From the human T2T-CHM13v2.0 reference genome, Homo sapiens: 64,000 bases of DNA. A program made the translations under genes and the position numbers. A model generated the notes under the pieces. That model was given only the letters and a program-made list of their open reading frames with translations. It made no database searches and had not been told where the DNA came from. The stretch lies in NCBI RefSeq assembly GCF_009914755.1, contig NC_060927.1. One strand, written 5' to 3'. Positions 31,860 to 59,489 of the stretch are shown in pieces; the first letter of the stretch is position 1; each line of letters starts with the position of its first letter.

Positions 31860-32950
31860 TTATTCATTCATTTAGCCAGTATTGGTTTGGGTACCTGCCA
31901 TGCGCTGAGCACTATTCACAATGCTGTCTAAAAGAACCCACAAAAATTCCTGCTCTTACAGAACTTGTCTTCTAGTGGGAAAAGAGAAAAACAAAATAAA
32001 TCAGAATAATGTGTCATACATTGAATAATGGACTCTTGAGTACTGAGACTGGCAGGAAGGAGGTTAGGGTGTTTACTTTCAAAAGGTGCTTAGAGAGCTG
32101 GGCACAGTGGCTCACGCCTGTCATCCCAGCATTTTGGGAGGCCAAGGTGGGAGGATTGCTTGAGCCTAGGAGTTCAAGGCCAGCCTAGGCAACATAGTGA
32201 GTCCCCATCTCTACAAAAAAATTTAAAAATTAGCCAAGCATGTTAGTGTGTGCCTGTAGTCACAGCTAATTGGAACCATCATCCTGCCCCAGTGCGTGGG
32301 TCACTTGGGCCCAAGGAAGATGAGGCTGCAGTGAGCTGTTATCACATCACTGCACTCCAGCTTGGGTGACGGCTAGGACCTGTCTCAAAAAAAATACAAT
32401 AAAAATAAAATGTAAAATTAAATCAAAAGCGTGCATAGGGAGGGCTTCCCTGAGGTGACATTTGGACACAGGAAGTAAGAGCGTGATACTTACCTGAGGG
32501 AAAAGCATTCTAAGCAGAAGGCACAGCAAGTGCAAAAGCTCTAAAGCAGGAGCGTTCCTTGTGTATTGAGAGATGATTCTGGACCTCAGCACAGCTGGCG
32601 TACGCTGAGCAAACAGCGAGAGGTGCGGTCGATCGGCGAAGAAACCAGGCCAGACCGTAGTGCCTTATGAGAGCTCTGGAAGGATTCTGGCTTTTACTGG
32701 AGGCCAAATGGGGAAACTGTTAGAGAGATCTGAGCAGAGAAGCAAAGTGGTCTCCTTCAGTTTTAATAGGATTTCCCTGGCTGCGTTGTTGAGAGATCCC
32801 TGAGGAAGGCAAAGGCAGAGCAGAAGACCAGTCAAGAGGCTGATGTCATAATTCAGGCAAGCAGTGATGATGGCCTAGACCAGGGCAGTATCAGTGGAGG
32901 TGGGAAAAAGTGGTGTGAGTCTGGATGTATTTTGAAAGAAGAGTCTACAT
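31860..32950 (-). mobile_element. L2 fragment split by an Alu
   Basis: tattcattcatttag...cctgctcttacagaacttgtcttctagtggga...agcaagtgcaaaagctct...gatgatggcctagaccaggg. Confidence 0.6.
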
Positions 32951-33027
32951 GAGAGAGAAAAGACTAACGGGATCTGTTCCCAAGTAACTCAACTGCATTC
33001 CTGTACAAAGCTGAAGAGTCTTACAGG

Positions 33028-33968
33028 GCTGCGTCTATAGCCAGGAGTACGCTCAGGCTTCAGAAGAGGCTCGCCTCCAGTGGCCTTCACTGTGGCAAAA
33101 AGGTCTACTTGAACCTCAGTGAGATCGGTAAAATCACCAGCGCCAAGCTCCTATCAGCAGATCCAGAAGCTGATCAAAGATGGGCTGATCATCTGCAAGC
33201 CTGTGACTATCCATTCCCAGGCTGGATCCCCGCAAACAAACAAACAAACAAACAAACAAAAAAAACACCTTGGGCCGGGCACGGTGGCTCATGCTTGTAA
33301 TCTCAGCACTTTGGGAGGCCGAGGTGGGCAGATCACTTGAGGTCAGGAGTTCATGACCAGCCTAACATGATGAAACCTCGTCTCTACTAAAAATACAAAA
33401 ATGAGCCAGGCATGGTGGCGTGCACCTGTATTCCCAGCTACTCGAGAGGCTGAGGTGGGAGAATTGCTTGAAACTGGGCGACAGGGAGAGATTCTGTCGC
33501 AAAAAAAAAAAAAAAGAAAAAAACACCTTGGCCCACAGGCATATGGGCATAACTGCTAATGCACACATTACCAAAAAGGCAGCCTGGATGAGGAAGATGA
33601 GAATTCCACCCCAGCTGCTCAGAAGACACTATGAATCTACCGAGATTGACCTTCACGTGTATCAGAGCCTGTACATGAAGTGAAGGGGGACGTGTTCAGA
33701 AACAAGCAGGTTCTTCGGAACTCATTCCAAGCTGAAGATAGACAAGGCCTCAAGAAGCTTCTCATTGACCAGGCCAGGGCACATGGCTCTAAGACCAGGA
33801 AAGCACTGTAGTTCCACGGAGAGTGCCTCTGGGCCAAGAGAAAATCATTAAGACTGTCCCAGGAGGAAGAAACTAAGAAATAAAGGTCTCCCTCTCTCGT
33901 CTGTACATAGTGGATCTTGGTGATTACATAGATCCAGTCATTCAAATACAACAAGATTTTATCTGCCT
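33028..33968 (+). pseudogene. RPL19 processed pseudogene in PAK2 intron 13, disrupted by an Alu
   Basis: Intronless degenerate RPL19: LRLQKRLASS...[21 protein letters not shown]...NTLAHRHMG...WMRKMRI...SQEEETKK*; start codon is AGG at 33043; frameshifts; RPL19-like 3'UTR (ctgtacata...gattacatagatccag). Confidence 0.9.
33273..33516 (+). mobile_element. AluS with right-arm deletion, inserted in the RPL19 pseudogene
   Basis: GGCCGGGC start, poly-A tail, TSD AAAAAAACACCTTG at 33259-33272 and 33517-33530. Confidence 0.9.
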
Positions 33969-34389
33969 GATGGGGGGAAAAAGCATATTGGTAGGAATAC
34001 AGAAATAGCCAGGACCCAGCAATCACCCAGACATCAGTCAAAGTTTACCAGACAGGCAAAGGAGCAGGCAGATGCAGCCCATAATGAGAAAAACTTCCAG
34101 GCAACTGGAACGGACAGAAGTTCATTAAAACAATCTCACGACTGCATTTCAGTTGTAAGAACTTTAAATGCATATTGCTTAGTGAAAGAATCCAGTCTAA
34201 AAAGGCTACATATTATTTCAACTGTAGAGAGTAAAAATGATTAGTGGTTATGGGGTTTGGCAGGGGATCGGGGGTAGAGAGGATGAGTAGGTGAAGCACA
34301 GGGAATTTTTTTGGGCAGTGAAATTACTTTGTATGATATTATAATGGCGGACACTGGAGAGCATTCATTTGTCAAAGCCCATGGAACAA

Positions 34390-36645
<2,256 letters not shown>

Positions 36646-36882
36646 TTATAACCGAAGAAAAACCAAAGGTGAATCTGATTTCGGAAAAGTAACTTAAGGA
36701 AATGTAACATCTAAAAATAAGAGGAAAGTATCAAATCTAAATTTAAATGGGATAATGATAACCCCAGTTTAGTATTTATGGTGATTTTCTTTAAAGAAGA
36801 AAGAATCCCTTAGACTTTATGGAGTGCTCTGTGACTGTGTTGAGCTATCTTAAGTGGATCAAAGATGTTCTTCTATTTTTAG

Positions 36883-37149
<267 letters not shown>

Positions 37150-37161
37150 TAGGGTTTCATC

Positions 37162-37447
37162 CTACCATGCTGAGCAAACTACCGCAAGGACAGAAAACCA
37201 AACACTGCATGTTCCCACTCATAGGTGGGAATTGAACAATGAGAACACCTGGACACAGGAAGGGGAACATCACACACCGGGGCCTGTTGTGGGGTGGGGG
37301 GAGTGGGGAGGGATAGCATTAGGAGATATACCTAATGTAAATGATGAGTTAACAGGTGCAGCACAGCAACATGGCACATGTGTACATATGTAACAAACCT
37401 GCACGTTGTGCGCATGTACCCTAGAACTTAAAGTATTAAAAAAAAAA
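37162..37447 (+). mobile_element. 5'-truncated primate L1PA 3' end (~285 bp) in intron 14
   Basis: L1PA 3'UTR (ggtgggaattgaacaatgagaacac, G-rich tract, gtaacaaacctgcacgttgtg, ccctagaacttaaagta), poly-A, TSD AGGGTTTCATC at 37151-37161 and 37451-37461. Confidence 0.92.
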
Positions 37448-37496
37448 GTGAGGGTTTCATCTGCTGTGAATAAAATTCTGACAAAACCGTAATGTG

Positions 37497-37784
37497 CAGT
37501 TTGTGCATCGTATCAATCCTCAGACCTGTTTACAGTTTGTGCATCGTATCAATCCTCAGACCTGTTTACAGTTTGTGCATCGTATCAATCCTCAGACCTG
37601 TTTACAGTTTGTGCATCGTATCAATCCTCAGACCTGTTTACAGTTTGTGCATCGTATCAATCCTCAGACCTGTTTACAGTTTGTGCATCGTATCAATCCT
37701 CAGACCTGTTTACAGTTTGTGCATCGTATCAATCCTCAGACCTGTTTACAGTTTGTGCATCGTATCACTCCTCAGACCTGTTTA
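37497..37784. repeat. 36-bp minisatellite, 8 copies
   Basis: CAGTTTGTGCATCGTATCAATCCTCAGACCTGTTTA x8; only the last copy carries a substitution. Confidence 0.98.
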
Positions 37785-38005
37785 TTGCTGTTGTGTGTAT
37801 ATTTGTCAAACTAAAATGATTCTGCTTTCATTCAACTCTGAAAGTAATGCGTTGATTATGTTAGTCTTATGAAGGTATTAATATGTGTTTAGTTTATTAA
37901 ATTATGATCGACAAGTAGTCTTTGGGGCTTAATTGAACAAAATTATTTTGTTTCTAACCTGATGAATGGCACTTATACATTTATTTTTCCCCTTCTTTCT
38001 GGCAG

Positions 38006-38092
38006 CATCCTTTCCTGAAACTGGCCAAACCGTTATCTAGCTTGACACCACTGATCATGGCAGCTAAAGAAGCAATGAAGAGTAACCGTTAA
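38006..38092 (+). CDS. PAK2: PAK2 terminal exon 15, coding part with stop
   Basis: tctggcag|CAT CCT TTC...AAC CGT TAA; [28 protein letters not shown]. Confidence 0.97.
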   Translation, partial: HPFLKLAKPLSSLTPLIMAAKEAMKSNR

Positions 38093-42552
<4,460 letters not shown>

Positions 42553-42854
42553 TGAGTAGTTAGGGGAAGTTTTCCCTTTCTAAATCAAGTTCAGAATAAT
42601 TTTCTTTATCAATGTTTCTCTATCAGACCCAGGGAAACAGTTCTGATTTGAACACACACCTTGCTGGAGTAATAAAAACCTGATCAGAATTTCTGTGTTA
42701 AGTGAACCAAGAAACCTTTTAGAGTGCAATACGTCGTAAGGCATCACTTCATTATGTGAATTAATTTGGAATCTTAGGTACCCTAACATAGGGAACAGCC
42801 ACAATAATGGTTTACTATCAAAAAGCATAAAATAAGGCCAGGCGTGGTGGCTCA

Positions 42855-43239
<385 letters not shown>

Positions 43240-43670
43240 CTATATGGCTGTTTCGTCTTGTTCTAACATTTATATTTCTTTGAACTAATAGCAAATGCTC
43301 AAAGCATTGCCTAAGAAAACTTTTAAAAGCCTGTGGTTAATTTCAGAAGCTCTATCTCTAGGGCTTGGCGGGAGGATGGCTCGAGCCTGGGAGGCAGAGG
43401 TTGCAGTGAGCCAAGATGGTGCCGCTGTACTCCAGCCTGGGTGACAGAGCAAGGCCCCTGTCTCAAAAAAAAAAGAGTTGGTAATTGCCTATATCTCTAT
43501 AAAGAGAATTTTATAGTCTCAATAATCCTGATTATAGCTGTTTTACCCATACATCTTAGTTTGGGGTTAGGGAAAAAGACTAAAAATGCTGCATTTCTGG
43601 GAAACAATTTGTTCAGAAAATGACAGCATTTATATAAACTTGTGAGTTACGTGAAGAGACTGCTGATCTT

Positions 43671-44022
<352 letters not shown>

Positions 44023-44415
44023 TTAGAAGGTGCCCGTTGCATTCCCTCGTTCATCCGTCCCAGTTTGCTCTGGAGCAGATGCAAACGTCTCACCCTCGTA
44101 GTGCTGTAACAGGCCAGATAGAGTGACAGTGCCAGATAGAGTGACAGTGCCATACATTTCTGTTTTTCATTCTTAGACCTGTAGGTATGTACAGCACAGC
44201 ATCATCAACGCGTTGCCAAAAAACTATTTTCCTCCAATTCTTAATAAACTACTTCACTTTGACTTCTATATTTAAAATAGAAGTATAGGGCCAGGCGCAG
44301 TGGCTCACACCTGTAATCCCAGCACTTTGGGAGGCCGAGGTGGGTGTATCTATCACCTGAGGGCAGGAGTTTTAAGACCAGCCTGGCCAACATGGTGAAA
44401 CCCCGTCTCTACTTA

Positions 44416-44595
<180 letters not shown>

Positions 44596-45864
44596 CTAGT
44601 TGATCACGGCCATAAAATTAAGTAATATCTAACAGTACAATCCAACTGTGATTGCTTTAATATATTGTCAGTAAAATCTTTAAGGAGTTTCAGGATTGAA
44701 ACTAGAAGACATCTTAGTCACATTCAATATTCCTTACATTTTAGTACACTTTACGATTTGCTGCTAGTATCTTTGTTGAGCTGTTTTTCAGTAAACTAAA
44801 AATCTTAATCATTTGAGGTTTTAGTATAGATACTGTCACTGTTTTGTTCACACTCTTGGTGCTGTAGGAGTGTAAATGACCATCTCATTTGTTCATCTGT
44901 TCATGCTCTATTGGAGCATGCCGTAAGACTGTGGTGTCATTGAAAGTGACCTTTGGCCATGGACTGTTGGATATGTGGATCAGCTACTTTCATATAACTT
45001 GCATTGTCAGCAAATACTTTTCCACTTCCCTTCAGCCCTGCGTATTTTACCACGGATAAACGGTGTTCCATTATGCGCCTGCTCTGTCCCATTTCCGTAG
45101 TGTCTTTTTTTTATGACAAAGCACAGCTGGTCAAGGTGTTATCATGGGTCTGAGTGCACGAGTGTTTGTTGCTGCACGTTCCCCATCCAGTCACTAAGCA
45201 AGACACAGAACTGTATGAAAGCTTATTTTTACTTAGTTTCATCTTAGAGTCACATTTGAACTTGTGAGTTTCTTTTAAATGAAACTGTGTTTAATTTTGA
45301 GATTTGCTGCTAGGGGGAGGACTCCTTACGCTTTTTGAAGTTAGTAACAGCCCTCTCTAGTAGAATGTGCACAAAAACGGTTAATGTGAATTGGTGGGCT
45401 TGTTTCTGTGCTTTGTTTTGAGTGATAATACAAGGGCCTACATCATAGGGGGTTTTCAGGGTTAAATTCATTCATTTCAAATAAAATATTTAGAATGATG
45501 TCTAGCACAAAGTCAACATTTGATAAATGTAGTCTCCTCTCATTGCTTTTTTCCCCTCTGATATTGCGGGAGCAGATGCAGAAGTAACAGGATGCTGCAC
45601 AGAGCTATTTGCACTTTTCTCCCATCTCTCGTATTTAAAAAATGGATGCATTATGGAAATTATGCTGCAAATATTACACAGCTTTTTTTTTTTTTTTTCT
45701 AACACAGGATCTCACTCTGTCGCCCAGGCTGGAGTGCAGTGGCACAATCTCGGCTCTCTGCAATCTCTGCCTCCTGGATTCAAGCGATTCTCCTGCCTCA
45801 GCCTCTGAGTAGTTGGGACTACAGGCACGTGCCATTACCGCCCAGCTAATTTTTTGTATTTTAA

Positions 45865-46670
<806 letters not shown>

Positions 46671-46672
46671 AA

Positions 46673-46813
<141 letters not shown>

Positions 46814-46849
46814 TAGAAATAAGTTTGTAAACCACAGGTTCCAAAGTGT

Positions 46850-47240
46850 TAGTACCTTTAATGTAACAGGAAGTTCAGTGTTTGTCAGTCTGGGGTTGTC
46901 CTGGGACAACCAGGGAGTCCAGCAACCCCACCAGCACTTGGGACTCCACGTTGTCACTCTATCATTCTTAGCATGTAGGCCTGTATCCTTAATGCCTGTT
47001 GCAACATAGATACTAGATGGCTGGTGCACCTCCAACCTCTTGTCCGGGTGTCAAGCAGGAGAAAGAGAGATGGCAAAAGGCAACGTGGAAAGCACAAGGG
47101 AGTAGTGCTTATATCGAGAGAACACAAATTTTCCCAGAAACCCTCAACTTCTGTCCCACTGGCCAGAACTGTCATTTGGCACCTCATAGCTGCAAGAGAG
47201 TCTAGGGAAGAGTGTTTCTCCAGATAAAATGAGACTCGTT
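46850..47240. mobile_element. Old ERVL LTR fragment (LTR33-like)
   Basis: cactggccagaactgtcatttggcacctcatagctgcaagagagtctagggaa. Confidence 0.45.
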
Positions 47241-48491
47241 AGTGAAGAAGGAGGGATGGAAATAGTATATAATTGTGACTACTATAGTTTGAGTGTGAAA
47301 ATTGCTCTATTGGAATTTTTTTGTAGCTCTTCCCCTACTATTTCTACAGAGCACTGCCCCGTCTGTTGACTCCTTTGATACTACATGGTTGATGGGGTGC
47401 TCACTTTTAGATATGAGAAAAGGGGCTAGAGCATTAATCTCTTCAGTGTTATCCAGGTAGAATTTCAGCTCTTCTGGGTTAAGGAACTGGAAACTTTTCA
47501 ACTCTCTAGGCCTCATCTCAGCTAGAGAGCTAGTTTTGAAGAAACGTAATTGCTTATGAAGTCATAAATGCAGTTTAAATGTAATTGGCAGTGTTGCAAG
47601 TTTAGTGATCCATCGTGGGAGGAGACCACAAGTATCTGCTACAAATTCCTGATTGAGCAATTGATTGATTTAGTTTAGCAGGAGCCTAGGTGACCCTGAG
47701 CAAATAGTCCTTCATGGGTGTTCCTGGCCCCTAAGTGTCCTCTAGGGGGTGCTGCTCCCACTGTCATGCTCCTCAAAGATGGAGCCTGCCAGAGGTGAAA
47801 GCCCAATTCCTGCCATTGCCCTGCTATCCTCGGGTTTATGTCCCATTCTGGAAGAACTCAAATGTAACATTATTCAATGTTACAAGCAGTCTCACTGTTC
47901 AGAAACATGGAGTTCTTTTGGTTCTTGAGTCAAACTTGGTATCAGCAAAGCTACATTCTCATAGGGAGAGAAAACAAGTCTGGGTGTCTCCCCAACTTCC
48001 TAGTGCTCCAGAGAGCCTGGCTCCCTGTAATAATTCTTATTCTTAAAAAAAAAGTAACTACATAATAGAGAAATACATTCTGATTTATAAAATTTCAGCC
48101 ATTCAGACAAAAGAAAGCCTCTTCAATCCCAGTCCAAGTCCCCGTTCCAAAGGAAATCTCTTACTAGTTTCCATCTTTTCAGACCTTTCTCTTTGCATTA
48201 TACCTAGATACTGGTCAGTTTTGTAGACCAAGCAGTTCTTGAAGGCTGCAATCAAAGACAATTTATGTTTGTTTCCCTCTCTTCTAACCCATTTTACAGG
48301 GGTAGTTCTTCCCCATTCCCTGGATGAAATTTAGAGCAAACACCCAGGCAGTTTTACCAATGAGTTCTAAGAATATTCAAAGAAAAAATTCCAATCCTGC
48401 ACAAAGTATTTGAGGATATAGAAAACATTCCCCAAATTCTATTATAAGGATGGAGTAGCCATGATACCAAAATAATTGAAGAAGAAAATTA

Positions 48492-51940
<3,449 letters not shown>

Positions 51941-52015
51941 TTGGTAGACTTTATATTGAGGAGCTTTTGTGGCTGAGTAAACTCTGGACTTTTGGAAGGA
52001 GAAGAGGTAGAAAGG

Positions 52016-52885
52016 TGTTCATGGAAAGGGACCCAATCCCCCAGGAGAGGGTTCTTGGACCTCATGCAAGAAATAATTCCAGGGGAGTCCACGGAGTAAA
52101 CTGAAAGCAAGTTTATTAAGAAAGTAAAGGAATAGGGCCGGGCGGGGTGGCTCACACCTGTAATCCCAGCACTTTGGGAGGCCGAGGCAGGCGGATCACC
52201 AGGTCAAGAGATCGAGACCATCCTGCCAACATGGTGAAACCCCATCTTTACTAAAAATACAAAAATTAGCTGGGAGTGTTGGCATGCGCCTGTAATCCCA
52301 GCTACTCGGGAGGCTGAGGTAGGAGAATCACTTAAACCCGGGAGCAGAGGTTGCAGGGAGCCGAGACTGTGCCATTGAGCTCCTCCTGCCTGGGCCACAA
52401 GAGCAAAACTCCGTCTCAAAAAAAAAGGAAAAGAAAGGAATAGAGCACGTCTGCTCCATAGGCAGCGCGGCAGCTTGGGCTGCTTGACTGAATATACTTA
52501 CAGTTATGCTAAACAAGGGGTGGATTGTTCATGAGTTTTCCAGGAAGGGGGTGAGCAATTCCCGGAACTGAGGATTCCTCCCCTTTTTAGACCATACAGT
52601 GTAATTTCCTGACGTTGCCATGTCATTTGTAAACTGTCATGGTGCTGGCGGGAGTGTCCTTCAGCAGCTAATGCATTATAATTAGCGTCTAATGAACAGT
52701 GAGGACCACCAGAGGTCACCTCATTGCCGTCTTGGTTTTGGTGGGTTTTGGCTGGCTTGGTAACACATCTTGTTTTATCAGCAGGGTCTTTATGACCTGT
52801 ATCTTGTGCTGACCTCCAGGCCTCAGCCTTATTTTAACCAGTCCTTATTCAAGATGGAGTCACTCCGGTTCAAACACCTCTGACA
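52016..52885 (-). mobile_element. MER41 (ERV1) solo LTR with an internal Alu insertion (~52136-52430)
   Basis: Ends aagatggagtcactccggttcaaacacctctgaca, the reverse complement of the MER41 start TGTCAGAGG.GTTTGAACC; 4-bp TSD AAGG at 52012-52015 and 52886-52889. Confidence 0.85.
52538..52567. promoter_or_regulatory. Tandem GAS (STAT) motifs in MER41
   Basis: TTCCAGGAA (52538-52546) and TTCCCGGAA (52559-52567), both perfect TTCN3GAA. Confidence 0.65.
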
Positions 52886-52944
52886 AAGGGATAAAGAAAA
52901 ACGTGGTCTGCAGATTGTTGCAAATGAACCTAAGCCAGGTTTGA

Positions 52945-53130
<186 letters not shown>

Positions 53131-54055
53131 TAATTTTTGTGTTTTTTTGTAGACGGGTTTCACCATGTGACCCAGGCTGGTCTTGAACCCCTAGCCTCAA
53201 GTGATCCACCGCTTCAACCTTCTAAAGTGCTTGGATTACAGGTGTGAGCCACCTCACCCGGACATGCTTAGGTTGTTTCTGTAAAGTTATAGCTACCTAT
53301 GGAGTTTGAGGTGGTGAGGGTTAACTAACTTCTGACAACCCCCCTGCCAGATTATAATGAAAGCAAGTCGCAGACCAAATCTTGTCACACACCTGAAAGC
53401 TCATTTAAGCAAACATTTGTCAGCAAAAGTGTTTGTTCAGCCTATCCTGTAGCTCACTATAATCCATGCTCTCTGTCCCAAATGCTCTGTCCACAACTTT
53501 GCATGAAAAGTTCACTTGAGGCAGAGAGGGAAACGTGCCAGGGGCCAGGATTCTGTTACCCTTAAAGATGGCATCATGTAACCAGACATCCTCTTAACTA
53601 GTGGCTGGTCACAGGATTATGTAACGATGGAGCCCTGAGGGCCATTCCTAAGGGGTCGCGTTGCTGACCTCACTAGATTCTTACACCTTGTTTATGCAAA
53701 GGCAGCAGGAGTCTCTCAAATAACTTTAGCCAATGGAAGGATCCCGAACACCTTTCATTTCACTGATGAGAGCCCACTGATGACCTCATTACCAATTAAC
53801 AAGCAACTCAGTTCATCAGGAAACAGCCATTTCTTTTTCCATTTATTTATTTATTTATCGAGACAGTGTCTAGCTCTGCTGCCTAGGCTGGAGGGCAGTG
53901 GTGTGATCATGGCTCACTATAGCTTTGACCTCCTGGGCTCAAGCAATCCTTCCAGTTCAGCTTCCTGAGTAACTGGGAGCAGAGATGCTCGCCACTACAG
54001 CTGGCTACTTTTTTTATTTTTTGTACGGATGGGGTCTCACTATGTTGCCCAGGCT

Positions 54056-54728
54056 TGTGACTGCACAATGGGTTCCCCTTGCCCGTTGCCTAGGCAGAAC
54101 TGATACCTCACGACAGGGGAACTGCAGTACAGAAAGAGTAATTCACGCAGAGCCGGCTGTACAGGAGATCGCGGTTTTATTATTATTCAAATCAGTCTCT
54201 CCAGGCATTGGGGGATCAGTGTTTTTAAGGATAATTTGGTGGGTGGGGGAAGGCCAGTGAGAGAGTGTTGATTGGTTGGGCCGGAGAGGAAATCATGGGA
54301 AATTGAAGCTGTCTTCTTGCGCTGAGTCAGTTCCTGGGTCGGGGCCACAAGATCAGATGAGCCAGTTTATCCATCTGGGTGGTGCCAGCTGATCCATCAA
54401 GTGTGGAGTCTGCAAAGTATCTCAAGCGCTGATCTTAGGAGCAGTGTAGGGAGGGTCAGAATCTTGTAGCCTCCAGCTGCATGGCTCCTAAACCATCATT
54501 TCTAATCTTGTGACTAATGTTAGTCTAGTCCCCCGGCAAGAAGGAGGTCTGCTTTGGGAAAGGGCTGTTACCGTCTTTGTTTTAAACTATAAATTAAGTT
54601 TCCCCCCAAGTTAGTTCAGCCTACGCCCAGGAATGAACAAGGGCAGCTTGGAGGTTAGACGCAAGATGGAGTCGGTTAGGTCGGATCTCTTTCACTGACT
54701 CAGTTACAATTTTGCAATAGCGGTTTCA
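54056..54728 (-). mobile_element. LTR8-family (ERV1) solo LTR inserted inside an antisense Alu
   Basis: Reverse complement begins TGAAACCGCTATTGCAAAATTGTAACTGAG; TSD GGCT at 54052-54055 and 54729-54732; Alu sequence resumes on both sides. Confidence 0.8.
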
Positions 54729-55059
54729 GGCTGATCTCAAACTCCTAGGCTCAAGTGATCCTCCCGCCTCGGCCTCCCAAAGTGTTGGGATTACAGGTGT
54801 GAACCCCCACACCCAGCCAAAAAATCTATTTCTGATCATCACTCAGCTTGTTAACTGAGCCTCAGGCGTTGATTGAGATGTAGATAATAGAAATGCTTGC
54901 AGTACTGCACTCCAGTCTGGAACAACAGAGCAAGACCCTATCTCTTAAAAAAAAAAAAAAAGTGCCAGTAGTAGCTGCCTCTAGTGTGTAAGTAACCTTT
55001 CTGACTAGACACTGGCTACCCTTATGTGTGAATTTTCTTTCTTTCTTTTTTTTTTTTGA

Positions 55060-55176
<117 letters not shown>

Positions 55177-55330
55177 TGAACCCGAGTAGCTGGGATTACA
55201 GGCATGCCGGCTAATTTTGTACTTTTAGTAGAGATGGGGTTTCTCCATGTTGGTCAGGCTGGTCTCAAACTCCTGACCTCAGATGATCCACCTGCCTCGG
55301 CCTCCCAAAGTGCTGGAATTCCAGGTGTGA

Positions 55331-55645
<315 letters not shown>

Positions 55646-56569
55646 TAAAGTAAATTGCAGGCATCATAATAGAAGTTGGTTCTTAATATTTGTAGTTTAA
55701 CTGCTTATTAGCAGTAATTTGTAGTTGCTTGTAATTTTACTAAGGTAGGAATTTAATTTTGTGACCTAGAAGATTGATGGGTAGGAAGGAGGATCACTTG
55801 GCTTAGTAAATGAAGTTAGCCAGTCACTCTTCATCCAAACTTTCTTCTTGGCATTTAAGCACTAATTCCCATTAATGTTCAACTTAAATTTTCAGTTGAA
55901 CTTTAGTGATTTTTTGGGGGGGAACATTATGTTATTTAGGGCTATTTGGGAATTTATGATGGTATCAGGATGTCACAGGTTTATTGTACCATAAAATTTT
56001 GCCTATGGCAGACTGTGCCTCCAGTCTTAGTCCCAGAAGTTAAGTCAGGTGTCTTTACCTCTAAGATTCCAGTTTAAAAAAGAAAGAAAAAATAAATAAG
56101 ATACAATACAGGCCGGGCGCAGTGGCTCACACCTGTAATACCAGCACTTTGGGAGGCCGAGGCAGGATGATCACAAGGTCAGGAGATCGAGACCATCCTG
56201 ACTAACACGGTGAAACCCTGTCTCTACTAAAAATACAAAAATATTAGTTGGGCGTGGTGGCGGGCGCCTGTAGTCCCAGCTACTCAGGAGGCTGAGGCAG
56301 GAGAATGGTGTGAACCTGGGAAGCAGAGCTTGCAGTAAGCTGAGATCACACCGCTGCACTCCAGCCTGGGCAACAGGGCGAGACTCCGTCTCAAAAAAAA
56401 AAAAAGATACAATACAGTTCCAATTTAGAGCTGGGCATTGTGGTTCACACCTGTAATCCCAGCTACTTGGGAGGCCGAGGCAGGAAGGGAGGATTGCTTA
56501 CACCCAAGAGTTAGAGACCAATGTAAGCAACAAATTGAGATGCCTGTCTCTAACGACAACAAAAAAATC

Positions 56570-58994
<2,425 letters not shown>

Positions 58995-59489
58995 TGATAC
59001 AGGAGTTAAGAAGAAATTACTTAGGCAGATAGTGAGGGTATGGAAGTCTTCAGTAAGGTTTTCCTTTTAGTGAAAAACAGCCCCAAATCATTTTCCTTTC
59101 TAACAAAGAACAGCCTGTAAAATTGAGCTGCAGACATACATGCCAGCAGTTGTGCCAATCATGTTCGAGATGGCGGCTCCCTCTTCCCTTCTCTGCCAGC
59201 CACGTGTACAGTAAGGAGCAGACAAGATGGCACTGGCCAAGGGGACAGTTCGCTTGCATAATGAGATTAGGGTGGGGCGGCCAGCCTTCCCCGCACATTG
59301 TGTAAATATCATACCTAATTGAACCAATCTGTGAGCCCCATGTAAATCAGACACCCCCTCCTCAAGCCAGACTATAAAATCCAGCACATCTGCTGCTGGC
59401 CAGACTTTTCCTCTCGTTAAGTCCCCTCTCTCTCACTAGAGAGAGAGCTGTTTTATTTTCTCTTTCTTTTGCCTATTAAACCTCTGCTC
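58995..59489 (+). mobile_element. 3'-truncated ERV1 LTR (LTR9/HUERS-P3-like) preceded by a polypurine tract
   Basis: AGAGCGGGGGAA polypurine tract then TGATACAGGAGTTAAGAAGAAATTACTTAGGCAGATAG; CCAAT, TATAAAA and ATTAAA motifs in LTR order. Confidence 0.65.

Noticed and set aside
33043-33883. Functional RPL19 paralogue
   Set aside because: The start codon is lost, and there are frameshifts, premature stops and an Alu insertion.
37492-37872. Repeat-protein ORFs or a CRISPR-like 36-bp array
   Set aside because: The units are directly adjacent with no spacers, the context is a eukaryotic intron, and a 36-bp unit trivially preserves frame. It is a minisatellite.
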